This document shows, one piece after another, positions 18,590 to 28,084 of a DNA stretch of 64,000 nucleotides. Positions within the stretch are counted from its first letter, which is position 1; each line of letters begins with the position of its first letter. The notes below the pieces were generated by a model that was not told the origin of the DNA, made no database searches, and saw only the letters and a list, made by a program, of their open reading frames with translations. The DNA lies in contig NZ_OZ244149.1 in the NCBI RefSeq assembly GCF_965216145.1, positions 417,011 to 481,010 of the forward strand. The letters are read 5' to 3'. A program made the position numbers and the translations under genes. Source of the stretch: Candidatus Palauibacter sp. Its GTDB lineage: Bacteria > Gemmatimonadota > Gemmatimonadetes > Palauibacterales > Palauibacteraceae.

Positions 18590-18831
18590 GCGGAGCGTCC
18601 AAGGGCACGTACCGGGTCATTCCGGTTGGGCGACAGGATGACCGACACCTCAGCCCTCCGGCAAGCTCTCGCGCGTCCCTCCCGCCGTGCCCTCCCATGT
18701 TGCATACTCGCTCCTCGTAGCCAAGCACCCCGCCTCCGATGCAACCTTTCGGATGTCGCCCGGTTTTCCGCATGATCGTATCGTTCGACCGGCTCGACCT
18801 GTCACCGCGTGCGTCCGTCAAAACGCTTATC
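18590..18831. promoter_or_regulatory. Divergent intergenic region between the helicase operon (-) and the SIR2-like gene (+)
   Basis: About 240 nt non-coding spacer between divergent starts; appears to contain a short inverted repeat (GTTGCAT ... ATGCAAC). No promoter consensus confidently identified. Confidence 0.3.
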
Positions 18832-19875
18832 ATGCATATGCTCACGAAAACTGAACTTACGGGCTCTCCACAAAACGGACGCCCTCACGTTGTCCTTCTC
18901 GGCGCGGGTGCAAGTAGGGCCGCGTTTCCCGATGGGGACCGACACGGCAGATCCATACCCCTAATGTCTGACCTCGCAGACCTCCTCGGATCGCCCTGGA
19001 CCGATCTTGTCGTGCGCGCCAGTCCTCCGGTCAACGGCTTTGAGCGCCAATTCACTTGGCTAAGGGATCAGCATCGTTACACGGATTCTCTCCATGAAAT
19101 AGAGTCCTCCCTTTTTGACTATTTCGTGAACCTCGCTCTACCGGACCACGCAACGATTTATGATCATCTTGTCCTAGGACTTCGCCGGAAGGATGTAATT
19201 GCGACGTTCAACTGGGATCCGTTTCTGCTTCTTGCCCATCGACGCAACAGACTTCCTAATCTGCATCTTCCCGACATCAGGTTCCTTCACGGCTGTGTGC
19301 TGTACGCCAGTTGCATTCAGCATTCTGAAGTGCTTGGCTCACCAGGGGAGATCTGCCCTCGCTGTAACAAACCTCTAACTCGAAGCAGTTTGATCTTTCC
19401 CGTTGAAGACAAGAACTACGTCGACGACCGCTTGATCGCTGAGGATTGGAGGGCGGTGACGGATACACTCCCAAGAGCTTTTCAACTGACCATATTCGGA
19501 TACTCCGGTCCGTCGACGGACTACCAAGCCAAGACGTTGCTCCGAGACGCTTGGGGTGCTTCGGCTACTGACGATTCTTCCATGTCCCCCATACGTCAAT
19601 TCAGCCACCTCGAGATTATCGACACCGTGAAGGGCGGTGAACTGTATGAGCGCTGGAAGGATCTCATTCCTCTCGACCACCTCATGTCGACCGATACGTT
19701 CTGGGATTCCTCGATGGCCAGATGGCCCCGCAGAACCGCGGAGTCTAAGTTGCAGGCGAGCATCTTTGCGCGAATAGTTGAACCCCTCGGTCCGTGTCGC
19801 ACGACGAATCTTGGGGAGCTCCAAGAGTTCCACATGGAGCTTGCAAGAGTGGAGAGGGAGAAGGGTGTGGAGTAA
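18832..19875 (+). CDS. SIR2-like (SIR2_2 / DHS-like NAD-binding) protein, stand-alone
   Basis: Start at internal ATG (MHMLTKTEL...). VVLLGAGAS (Rossmann-like), IATFNWDPFL (TTNYD-like), FLHG (catalytic-His position), IFGYSGPSTD (GYSxxD). Locally lower G+C than the flanks. Confidence 0.6.
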   Translation: MHMLTKTELTGSPQNGRPHVVLLGAGASRAAFPDGDRHGRSIPLMSDLADLLGSPWTDLVVRASPPVNGFERQFTWLRDQHRYTDSLHEIESSLFDYFVNLALPDHATIYDHLVLGLRRKDVIATFNWDPFLLLAHRRNRLPNLHLPDIRFLHGCVLYASCIQHSEVLGSPGEICPRCNKPLTRSSLIFPVEDKNYVDDRLIAEDWRAVTDTLPRAFQLTIFGYSGPSTDYQAKTLLRDAWGASATDDSSMSPIRQFSHLEIIDTVKGGELYERWKDLIPLDHLMSTDTFWDSSMARWPRRTAESKLQASIFARIVEPLGPCRTTNLGELQEFHMELARVEREKGVE

Positions 19876-19907
19876 TATGGGATCGGGGTCGTTCAGCGGT
19901 CTGGTGC

Positions 19908-22900
19908 TCAGCGCGGGCCGACCGTCACCTCGGTGACGCCGGGGGGGACCTCGACGCGCTCGACCGCGCCACCCGGCCACCGGACTTCGACGGCCACCGG
20001 ATCGCCCGAGAGACCCATGATCTGCACCGGGTCGTCGTGCGAGCCCGTGCCGGACCCCGCCCTCACCTCCCGGGCCGGGCCCATGCCATCGGCGTACACC
20101 ACGCGCAGGACGGCCCCGATTCCGTAGCGGTTCCCTCCGGGCCCAGCGAGGCGCACCCGCAAACCCGGCGAGGTTCCGCTGCCCCTGAACAGGCGCGCCG
20201 CTCCACCGTTGATCCCCAGCACGAAATCGAGGCGGCCGTCGCCATCGATGTCCGCGGCGGCGACGCCCCGCTGGTCTCCGTAGACGGCGACCCCGGACTC
20301 CGATCCCGGCACGGGGCGGAACCCGCCGAGCCCGTCCCCCTCCAGCCACAGTCCCCGGCCCGCGTCGTAGCGTGGCGTGTCCTCGTCCGTGGCGAAGAAG
20401 TTCTGGGACAGGAACAGATCCTCGCGGCCGTCCCCGTTGGCGTCGGCCACGAGCAGCCCCATCGAAGGAGCCTGCTGCGCCTCGCGGGGCAGCGGAGCCG
20501 CCTCGAAGCGGGCGCCCCGGTTCAGGAACACCATGTGCCGCAGTTCCGTCGCCTCCAGGCGGCCCTCCGGCCAGGCGCCCAGCGCCTCACCCACGTCCGC
20601 CTCCGCGTAGTCCGCGCGCGTCGGCATGCGCTCGCCCACGGGCGGTATGTGTTCGGCGAGGCGGCCCAGCGCGGCCAGCGGCGCCACCGCGCCCAGGCGT
20701 TCGTCGTGCTGCGCCTCCACCAGGTCGAGGGTGCCGTTGAGGTCCACGTCCCCGAACAACAGTTCCAGCGGTGCCCCGGGCGTCGGCCGGTATTCCGTGT
20801 TGTCTCCCCAGGAGACGGCGACGAGATCCGAGCGGCCGTCCCCGTCGAAGTCGCCCGCGGACACGCCATTCCAGCGGCCGAAATACTCGTGGAGACCCAC
20901 CTCTTCGGTGACGTCGGAGAACCGGCCCCGGTCGTTCCGCAGCAGGCGCACCGGACCCCAGTCGACGGAGACGGCGAGGTCCGGATCCCCGTCCACGTCG
21001 TAGTCGGTGAACACGGCGCCGGTCACCATGCCCAGGCGCTCGAAGACCGCGGCATCCCGTCGGTCCTCCTCGAAGCCGCCGCCCGGACGGCCCCGGAAGA
21101 CCCTGGACGGTCCTGACACCGGGTAGCCGCCCGGCACGACCCTCGCACCGGCGAAGAGGTCCAGCCGTCCGTCGAGGTCGTAGTCGGCGACGGCCAGGAC
21201 GCCCACCGAGGCCGATGTCCCCGGCGCAACGCCGCGGTTGATCGGCGTCACGGCCACGCCCGTCATCGCGGCCCCCGGCCATTCCGCGGACACCACGGCC
21301 GGCACCTGGGTCACCTCGGCGGCCGGCGCCTCGTAGCTCGACAACCCGAGCAGCACCCGGACCGTATCCGCCACGGGCAACGGGATTACCGCGGTCTGGT
21401 CGATGGGCGCCCGCGGCCCGGCCAGCGTCACCCGGACCAGCGTCCCGCCGTCGTTCCGGAACAGCACCGGCGCCGCGTTCGCCCCCGAACCCAGGAGCAG
21501 ATCCGGGTCGCCGTCGCCGTCCAGGTCGTGCCACGCCACGCTCGGCCCCATCCGGGACAGACGCAGCGGCAGGAGCGGCTGCCGGGTCACCTCGGCGAAC
21601 GGCGGCTCGTCGTGGATCGGCCCGAAGCTCTCGTCCAGTTCGAACCACGGCGCCGCGACCGGGGTGGGCGCCGCCGTCCGGGTGCCCGCGACCGCCGCTA
21701 CCCCGGTGCCCGCGGCCGCCCCCGTCCGCGTGGCCGATTCGGGCCCCGAGGCTTCCGCCTCGAACACCTCGTACAGACGGTTGGCGCCGTCGACGCGCAC
21801 CACCGACCGGCCCCCGCCCCGCCAATCCACGCCCAGCGTGCCCTCCAAGGCCTCCCCCATCGCGAACGAGACGAGTTCCTCCGACCCGGACAGATACCCC
21901 CCGCCCGCGGCGATCTCCTTCGTCTGCCGCGGCAGCCCCGGGACCTCCAGCCACACCGTGGCTCCGATCCCGGCCGTATTCGGCGCTTCCCCCCGCAGGC
22001 GGACGGCCAGCCGGGGCGCCGCCGCGTCGTTCCTCAGCAGGAGCGCCGGCTGGTCGAGCCGGTTCACCACCGCGTCCAGATCCCCGTCCCCGTCGAAGTC
22101 CGCCAGCGCTGCCCCGTGCGACACGTCCGGCTCCGGCGCCACGCCCCACGCCCCCCCCACCTCCTCGAACCCCCGACCACCCAGATTCCGGAACGCCACG
22201 TTGAGCAGCGGAAGAGGACGGTACAGGAGCGTGGATTCGCGCTCGCCCGAGAGGCCCGCCTCCCGGATGCGGATCTGGGTGTCCGCGTCCATCAGGTCCC
22301 GGATGTGGCCGTTCGGGATCAGGAGATCCTCGAACCCATCCAGGTCCACGTCGAGGAAGAGCGCCGACCACGACCACCCGGACGCTTCCACCCCCGCCTG
22401 GCGCCCGACCTCCGCCCACGTCCCGTCCCCCCGGCTCGCCAGCAGCGTGTTGCGGTTCACCTGCTGCGCCCCGGAGGCCTCGCCCGGCGGCGTCTGCACC
22501 ACGCGCGACACCGGATCCTGCGTCTTCCTCGACCTCGAATCGCGAGCCAGCATGTCGAGCACGAACACATCCGCGTCGCCGTCCCGGTCGAAGTCCGCGA
22601 AGTCCACCGCCATGGAGGAGGCGCTCGTCGTGGGCAGGGCGTGGGGAGGCGGCAGGCGGAAGGTGCCGTCCCCCTGGTTGATCCAGAGCCGGTCGGGACT
22701 GTGCAGGTCGTTCGCCACGTAGAGGTCCGGGTCCCCGTCAGCATCCAGATCCCCGAAGCGGGCCGCCAGCCCCCATTCGGTCGGGGCGGCCTCGAGCGGC
22801 GCCCCCTCGGGGTCGAGGAAGGCCCCCGAGGAGAACGGGACGTGCCGGAAGCGGCCGCCGCCCTCGTTCACATAGAGTTCGTCGGACTCCCCCTTCTCGA

Positions 22901-23678
22901 GCCGCACCACGCCGTCCGCCCGCCACGCGAGTTCGTAGTGCTCCGCGAAACGCTCCACCACCTCGAACCCCCGCCCCGCGCGCCGCACCGTATTGGGGAA
23001 GGCGACCTCGTCCCCGGGGAAGAGGTCGAGCACGGAGCGGCTTTTGTAGCGGGTGAGGTAGAGGTCGAGATCCCCGTCGCCGTCCACATCGGCCAGCGCG
23101 CTCGACATCCCCCCGCGCGAGTCCAGCAGCCCCGCGTCGGGCGCCTCCGCGAAACGCCCCTCGCCATCGTTCAGGAACACGGATCTCGGGCCCTCGACGG
23201 AGGTGAGGATGAGATCGTGGTCGCCGTCACCGTCCACGTCGACGAACGTGGCGCCGGTCGAGAAGCGGTCCCCGGCGGCGACGCCGCTCTCGACGGCCTC
23301 CTCCCGAAACCGCCAGTCCCCGAGATTGATGTAGAGGGCGTTGGGACCTTCCAGGCGCGCGAGGTAGAAGTCCGGCCGGCCGTCCCCGTTCACGTCGCCC
23401 GCGGCCACGCCGGAGCCGTTCCCGCGCATCTGGTTCTCGATGAAGCTCGCGTCCGTGAGCGCGTTGGCGAAGTCCACCCCGGACCACGAGGGCGGAATGG
23501 AGGTGAACCCGGCGTCGCCCCCCTCGACCGCCAGAGGCCGCCAGCGGGCGCCGGACACCTCCGTCCACTCCCCCGGCTGCACGGGGGCGGAGAAATCCGC
23601 CGGACCGCAGGCGGCGATGGCGGCCAGCAGCGCGCATGAGGCGCGACGACGCGCGGCCTGGATTCGTGGGCGGTTCAT
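19908..23678 (-). CDS. FG-GAP/VCBS repeat lipoprotein with C-terminal ASPIC/UnbV domain (CRTAC1 family)
   Basis: Start at internal ATG giving a lipoprotein-type signal (MNRPRIQAARRRASCALLAAIAACG). Many DxDGDGxxD repeats (DVNGDGRPDFYLA, DVDGDGDHDLIL, DLDADGDPDLYV) and the C-terminal WPGG...VEV signature. Confidence 0.75.
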   Translation of the reverse strand: MNRPRIQAARRRASCALLAAIAACGPADFSAPVQPGEWTEVSGARWRPLAVEGGDAGFTSIPPSWSGVDFANALTDASFIENQMRGNGSGVAAGDVNGDGRPDFYLARLEGPNALYINLGDWRFREEAVESGVAAGDRFSTGATFVDVDGDGDHDLILTSVEGPRSVFLNDGEGRFAEAPDAGLLDSRGGMSSALADVDGDGDLDLYLTRYKSRSVLDLFPGDEVAFPNTVRRAGRGFEVVERFAEHYELAWRADGVVRLEKGESDELYVNEGGGRFRHVPFSSGAFLDPEGAPLEAAPTEWGLAARFGDLDADGDPDLYVANDLHSPDRLWINQGDGTFRLPPPHALPTTSASSMAVDFADFDRDGDADVFVLDMLARDSRSRKTQDPVSRVVQTPPGEASGAQQVNRNTLLASRGDGTWAEVGRQAGVEASGWSWSALFLDVDLDGFEDLLIPNGHIRDLMDADTQIRIREAGLSGERESTLLYRPLPLLNVAFRNLGGRGFEEVGGAWGVAPEPDVSHGAALADFDGDGDLDAVVNRLDQPALLLRNDAAAPRLAVRLRGEAPNTAGIGATVWLEVPGLPRQTKEIAAGGGYLSGSEELVSFAMGEALEGTLGVDWRGGGRSVVRVDGANRLYEVFEAEASGPESATRTGAAAGTGVAAVAGTRTAAPTPVAAPWFELDESFGPIHDEPPFAEVTRQPLLPLRLSRMGPSVAWHDLDGDGDPDLLLGSGANAAPVLFRNDGGTLVRVTLAGPRAPIDQTAVIPLPVADTVRVLLGLSSYEAPAAEVTQVPAVVSAEWPGAAMTGVAVTPINRGVAPGTSASVGVLAVADYDLDGRLDLFAGARVVPGGYPVSGPSRVFRGRPGGGFEEDRRDAAVFERLGMVTGAVFTDYDVDGDPDLAVSVDWGPVRLLRNDRGRFSDVTEEVGLHEYFGRWNGVSAGDFDGDGRSDLVAVSWGDNTEYRPTPGAPLELLFGDVDLNGTLDLVEAQHDERLGAVAPLAALGRLAEHIPPVGERMPTRADYAEADVGEALGAWPEGRLEATELRHMVFLNRGARFEAAPLPREAQQAPSMGLLVADANGDGREDLFLSQNFFATDEDTPRYDAGRGLWLEGDGLGGFRPVPGSESGVAVYGDQRGVAAADIDGDGRLDFVLGINGGAARLFRGSGTSPGLRVRLAGPGGNRYGIGAVLRVVYADGMGPAREVRAGSGTGSHDDPVQIMGLSGDPVAVEVRWPGGAVERVEVPPGVTEVTVGPR

Positions 23679-23694
23679 GAAGCGGGAAAGACGC

Positions 23695-24330
23695 TCAGAA
23701 TCCGGAGAGGATGGCATCCGCACGGCCGACCAGGGCCCGGTTCAGCGACAGCCACGTCTCCACCGTGGTCGGGTCCGCCCAGCCGGAGGCGGCAGCCGCC
23801 ACCAGCCCCGAGGTTTGGGGCCACGGGCGGCCCTCGGCGAACTCCCGCACGTCCTCGAAGGCGGAGAACACGGTGGGATCCACCTCGGCCCCGATCGAGG
23901 TGAGACGGTTGGACACGGCGCGCCACTCCGCGCGCGTTGCCGCGTCCACGGCGAGCTGGGGCAGGCGCACAGCGCCCGCCAGCGAACCCGTCAGCGGGCC
24001 GGCGGAGCCGTCGGCGGCCCCGGGAACGACCCAGGTCACGATCTGTCCCTCGAGCCCGAACCGCCTGAACTCCTGCAGCCGGTAGAAGAGGGCGAGCGCG
24101 AGTTCCCGCTGCAGCCGGGCCGCCTCGTCCGCCGCCTCCGTGAGCCGCCCGAGTCGCCGGCCCTGCCGCTCGGCCATGCCCGCCAGGATGTCCGCCGCCG
24201 CGTCGCCATCGCCCGCAGGCCCCCCACCGGGCCCACCCAATGCGACCCCCGCGACGCCGCCCAGGACGAGGCCCATCAGGAGACCCGCCGCCGCGGCCCG
24301 AACCGGCTTCGCCGAAACACGCCACGTCAT
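23695..24330 (-). CDS. Hypothetical membrane-anchored protein
   Basis: Start at internal ATG (MTWRVSAKPVRAAAAGLLMGLVLGGVAGVALGG), which overlaps the stop of the upstream gene (ATGA). Hydrophobic N-terminal segment then a helical region. Confidence 0.45.
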   Translation of the reverse strand: MTWRVSAKPVRAAAAGLLMGLVLGGVAGVALGGPGGGPAGDGDAAADILAGMAERQGRRLGRLTEAADEAARLQRELALALFYRLQEFRRFGLEGQIVTWVVPGAADGSAGPLTGSLAGAVRLPQLAVDAATRAEWRAVSNRLTSIGAEVDPTVFSAFEDVREFAEGRPWPQTSGLVAAAASGWADPTTVETWLSLNRALVGRADAILSGF

Positions 24331-25448
24331 CGCCGGTTGTGGTGCTCGTCGTAGTGTTTGCCGAGCCAATCCTCGCCGTAGTCGTTGCCGGGGTCGCGCA
24401 TGATGCTGTGCACATGGTTGGCGGCGCCGCCGTCCCCGACGCCGCGCTCGACGATGTACTCGATGAGGACGGAGGGTCCGTGGACACGGTAGTAGTAGCG
24501 TGCGGACACGTCATCCACGGGCCCGATCCACGCGAAATGCAGGGCATCCAGGCCGTCCGCACGGATCTTCTCGAGCTGGGTCTCCGCCGCACCGTGATCC
24601 GCGTTGGCCACATACTCCTCCACGAGCTCCCACAGAAGGGCATGCTGAGTTTCGGAGAGCGCGGACGCCGGGAGACCGGCGAACGCGTTCAGGTTCCCTT
24701 TCCGGCCGGGCCCGGTGAGCACGTCGCGGGGGATGTCTTCCCCGAGGACCGCCCGCGCGCGCTGGTCGCCATCCAGCGCCTGCAGCAGCCGCCAGCCCCG
24801 TTCGCCCTCGTTGGCGAGCACCCGCCAGCCGGCGTCGAGCCCGTGAAGAATTTCGTGCGGCTCCGCTCCCAGGAAGAGCGGCGTGAAGCTGATCCGGCCG
24901 TCCGCCACCGTGAAGTTGGCCGCCAGGTGGTGACCCGAGATCTGCCAGCCCCAGTTGGCTTCCTCGCCGGGGCGGCCGAAGAAGGAGATCCAGTAGTTGG
25001 CCGATGTCCAGCTCTCGACGAGGTCCGACGGGAGCCGTCGCTCGCCGCTCGCCACGGCCGCCGTCGCTTCTTCGTGCAGCATTTCATCCAGGCGCACGAC
25101 CCCGGCCATCTTCTGGTATCCCTGGCTGCTCGTCGACGCACGCAGGAGGTCGTGCAGCCGTCTTCGTTGGAGGTCGGTGAAGTCGCCGATCCGCGCCCCG
25201 CTCCGCGCCACGATGCTGGCCGGCAGGTTGCTCCAACTGGTGCGGGCCGTGTCGGCCTCGAAGGGGAATTGCGCGGCCGCACGCTGCGCCGGAGACAGCG
25301 AGGCGAGGAACTCCCGAGCCGCCTCGGTCATGCGCGCGGGCGACAATTCGGCTTCGATGGCCACTCCCGCCCTGGCGGGCCGCGCTTCCGCCTCTCCGCC
25401 ACAGGCGGCCAGCAGCCCGGCGACGACAACACCCTGCAACGTCGACAT
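24327..25448 (-). CDS. Secreted lipoprotein of unknown function (possibly DUF3500-like)
   Basis: Start at internal ATG (MSTLQGVVVAGLLAACGGEA, lipobox-like); the 775-codon ORF in the track is an upstream extension. Family name is from memory, not verified. Confidence 0.55.
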   Translation of the reverse strand: MSTLQGVVVAGLLAACGGEAEARPARAGVAIEAELSPARMTEAAREFLASLSPAQRAAAQFPFEADTARTSWSNLPASIVARSGARIGDFTDLQRRRLHDLLRASTSSQGYQKMAGVVRLDEMLHEEATAAVASGERRLPSDLVESWTSANYWISFFGRPGEEANWGWQISGHHLAANFTVADGRISFTPLFLGAEPHEILHGLDAGWRVLANEGERGWRLLQALDGDQRARAVLGEDIPRDVLTGPGRKGNLNAFAGLPASALSETQHALLWELVEEYVANADHGAAETQLEKIRADGLDALHFAWIGPVDDVSARYYYRVHGPSVLIEYIVERGVGDGGAANHVHSIMRDPGNDYGEDWLGKHYDEHHNRR

Positions 25449-25637
25449 GATCCGGCGGGGGCCGGCGGCGCTCCGACCGTTCACTGAATCCCTCCTCCCA
25501 AGTGTGGCTTCCGGCGAGGCCGGAGTCTCCGAATCGGGTTCCCGAACGTAACCCGCCCGGGGGCATGCGTACATCGTTGGCAGGGTCTTAGGTTGCAACC
25601 CCATCCCCGGAAGAAGGCCACCGGAAGGAGGCGCCCC

Positions 25638-27377
25638 ATGGTCTTGCACGGCACACGTCTCAACGCACTCCGATTCGTCACCGTGGTCCTCGGTGTCGGC
25701 ACCCTCTCGCTCCCGACACCGACGAGCGCCCAGGAGACCGCGCCCGCCATCGAATCGATCACGGGGGCCGACCTTCGCGCCGACCTCTTCTTCCTGGCCG
25801 GAGACGAGATGCGCGGCCGCCTCGCCGGCTCGCCCGAGGGCCGCCTCGCGAGCGCCTTCATCAAGTCGCGCTTCGAGCGGCTCGGGCTCACGCCGGCTGC
25901 CCCCGGTGGCTCCTACTACCACTCCTTCAACGTCGTCCAGGCCGAGGTCGGGGAGGACAACCGCCTGGCCGTCGAGTACGACGACGGGCGGGTGATCTCG
26001 AAGGAGCGCGGCCAGGAGTTCTACCCCCTGCGAGAGAGCGGGAGCGGCACGGCCGGCGGGCAGGTCGTGTTCGCCGGCTTCGGGATCTCCGCGCCGGAAC
26101 TGGGCCACGACGACTACGGTGCCGGCGTGGCGGGCAACGTCGTCCTCATCCTCGATCACGAACCGGAAGAGACGGACCCCGAGAGCGCCTTCGATGGCCT
26201 CGTCACTTCGGAGGCCTCCGCCGCCTACCGGAAGCTCGCCGCCGCGCAGGAGGCCGGGGCGGTCGCCGCCCTCCTGGTGACGGACGTCCACAACCACCCC
26301 GAACCCGGCAACTTCAGCGCCGAGGCCGCCGGCTACTGGCCCGAGACCGTCCGCCGCGGGGGACGCTACACACTCGAGAGCCGCCTGAACCGGATCCGCA
26401 TCCCCGCCGTCCGCATCTCGACGGCGCTGGCGGAGAGTCTCGTCGAGGGCACCGGTCGCACGCTGGCGGAGCTGGCGCGCGGCGCGGAGGCGGCGGGAGG
26501 CGCCGCACCCGTTTCCCTCCCCGGTCTCGAGGTGATGGTCTCGGCGGACGTGCGACGGGAGGTCCACACCGCACGCAACGTAGTCGGCCTCATCGAAGGC
26601 TCGGACCCGGAGCTCAGGGACGAGTGGGTCATCGTGTGCGCGCACTTCGACCACGACGGCGCCGAGGGCGCGATGATCTACAACGGCGCGGACGACGATG
26701 GCTCGGGCACCGTGGCGCTGATCGAGATCGCCGAGGCCTACGCCGAGGCCGCGCGCATGGGCGAGGGCCCCCGCCGCTCGGTCCTGCTCGCGGCGTGGGA
26801 CTTCGAGGAGAAGGGACTGCTGGGCGCGTGGGCCTACGTCGAGAACCCGCTACATCCTCTCGACAAGACGGTGGCCGTCCTCAACATGGACATGATCGGG
26901 CGCAACGAGGAGGTCGTCGTGGGAGGCGGCCGCCGCTTCCGGGGGCTCGACATCCAGTCGGCCGGATCCAACGCCAACGCGATCAACATCCTCGGGACCA
27001 CCCGGAGCGACGACCTGCTGTCCGAGGTCCAGCGAGCCAACGCCGAGACGGGCCTCGATCTGCGCTTCCGCTACGACAACCACCCGATCCAGCTCCTGCG
27101 CCGCAGCGACCACTGGCCGTTCATGCAGGTGGGCGTCCCCGCGCTCTTCTATCACACGGGGCTGCACCCGGACTACCACCGCCAGGACGATATCCCCGAG
27201 CGCATCAACTACGAGAAGCTGGAGAAGGTGGCCCGGCTCGTGTACCAGACGAGCTGGAGCCTGGCCCAGCGGCCAAGCGGACCGGCGAGGATCAGCATGT
27301 CACCTCCCGCGACCTGTCCATCACGTCGACGATGTCCGGCGCCTCGGCAAGGTACTCCTTCTTTGCCCTGGCAATGA
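25638..27377 (+). CDS. M28 family zinc aminopeptidase with PA domain
   Basis: Start at internal ATG (MVLHGTRLNALRFVTVVLG, signal-like). HFDH ... GADDDGSG ... EEKGLLGA ... NMDMIG are M28 metal-binding/catalytic motifs. Confidence 0.75.
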   Translation: MVLHGTRLNALRFVTVVLGVGTLSLPTPTSAQETAPAIESITGADLRADLFFLAGDEMRGRLAGSPEGRLASAFIKSRFERLGLTPAAPGGSYYHSFNVVQAEVGEDNRLAVEYDDGRVISKERGQEFYPLRESGSGTAGGQVVFAGFGISAPELGHDDYGAGVAGNVVLILDHEPEETDPESAFDGLVTSEASAAYRKLAAAQEAGAVAALLVTDVHNHPEPGNFSAEAAGYWPETVRRGGRYTLESRLNRIRIPAVRISTALAESLVEGTGRTLAELARGAEAAGGAAPVSLPGLEVMVSADVRREVHTARNVVGLIEGSDPELRDEWVIVCAHFDHDGAEGAMIYNGADDDGSGTVALIEIAEAYAEAARMGEGPRRSVLLAAWDFEEKGLLGAWAYVENPLHPLDKTVAVLNMDMIGRNEEVVVGGGRRFRGLDIQSAGSNANAINILGTTRSDDLLSEVQRANAETGLDLRFRYDNHPIQLLRRSDHWPFMQVGVPALFYHTGLHPDYHRQDDIPERINYEKLEKVARLVYQTSWSLAQRPSGPARISMSPPATCPSRRRCPAPRQGTPSLPWQ

Positions 27378-28077
27378 TGTAGTCCGGAACCCCGTGCATC
27401 GCCTCGGCGATCGGGCCGGCGACGGCCGCGAGGGTGTCGGAGTCGCCGCCCAGGGATATCGCGTTGCGCACCGCGTCTTCAAAGCTCTCCGCTTCCAGTG
27501 CGCAGGTAATCGCTTCCGGGACCGTCCCCTGGCACGTCACATCGAAATGATAGCCGGGCCGGATCTCGTCCACGGACCGCGAGAGGTCGTATCCGAACTC
27601 ATCCACAATCTTCGCGCGGATCTCGGCGGGACTCCTGCCCCGGAGCGCAAGCCAGATGGCGCGGGTGGTCGCCCGCGCACCCTTCAGACCCTCGGAGTGA
27701 TTGTGCGTGACCTCCGTGACCCGATCCGAGGCCGCGAGCGCGTCCTGGATCGTTCGACCGCGGTTCAGAAATGCGGCGGGCGAGACCCGCATGGCCGCCC
27801 CGTTCCCGTAGCTCCCGTAGGCTTCGGGATCCGCCTCATGGATCCAGCGACGGAAGAAGCCTCCATAGCCACGCCCGGGATGACGCCTGCACCACCGCTG
27901 CAGGGTGGAGGCGGCGGGCAGGTCGTCCAGCAGAATCTCCGCCACGGCGGCCGTGCAGACCGAATCGTCGGTATAGCGGCAGTGCGGTCCGAAGAACTCG
28001 AACGCCTTCGTCTTGATCTTCTTCCCTCGCCCCTCGTACACCGACCCCACAATGTCTCCGATGATCGCTCCCCACAC
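27292..28077 (-). CDS. ADP-ribosylglycohydrolase family protein (DraG/ARH-like)
   Basis: N-terminal GAIIGDIVGSVYE, then YGNGAAMR and C-terminal GGDSDT. 3' end overlaps the convergent M28 gene by about 86 nt. Confidence 0.7.
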   Translation of the reverse strand: MWGAIIGDIVGSVYEGRGKKIKTKAFEFFGPHCRYTDDSVCTAAVAEILLDDLPAASTLQRWCRRHPGRGYGGFFRRWIHEADPEAYGSYGNGAAMRVSPAAFLNRGRTIQDALAASDRVTEVTHNHSEGLKGARATTRAIWLALRGRSPAEIRAKIVDEFGYDLSRSVDEIRPGYHFDVTCQGTVPEAITCALEAESFEDAVRNAISLGGDSDTLAAVAGPIAEAMHGVPDYIIARAKKEYLAEAPDIVDVMDRSREVTC

Positions 28078-28084
28078 GGCGCGA

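Noticed and set aside
4518-19875. Canonical Thoeris (ThsA SIR2 + ThsB TIR)
   Set aside because: A SIR2-like and a TIR-like gene both occur but about 13 kb apart on opposite strands with many genes between, and the SIR2-like protein shows no SLOG/STALD domain; not called Thoeris.
20372-23639. Long alternative-frame ORFs overlapping the FG-GAP gene (20587..22419 - 610 aa; 21528..23639 + 703 aa; 21403..22722 +)
   Set aside because: Extremely Arg/Gly/Pro-rich or Ser/Pro-rich products; the real frame is the one with FG-GAP DxDGDG repeats and the ASPIC/UnbV C-terminus.
23675-24643. 322-aa ORF on the minus strand
   Set aside because: Low-complexity Gly/Arg/Thr-rich translation; the overlapping 23695..24330 frame gives a plausible membrane protein with ATGA coupling to the upstream gene.
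24327-26654. 775-codon extended ORF for the lipoprotein gene
   Set aside because: Upstream 400 codons are low-complexity and overlap the divergent peptidase region; the internal ATG with a lipoprotein signal (MSTLQGVVVAGLLAACGG) is the plausible start.
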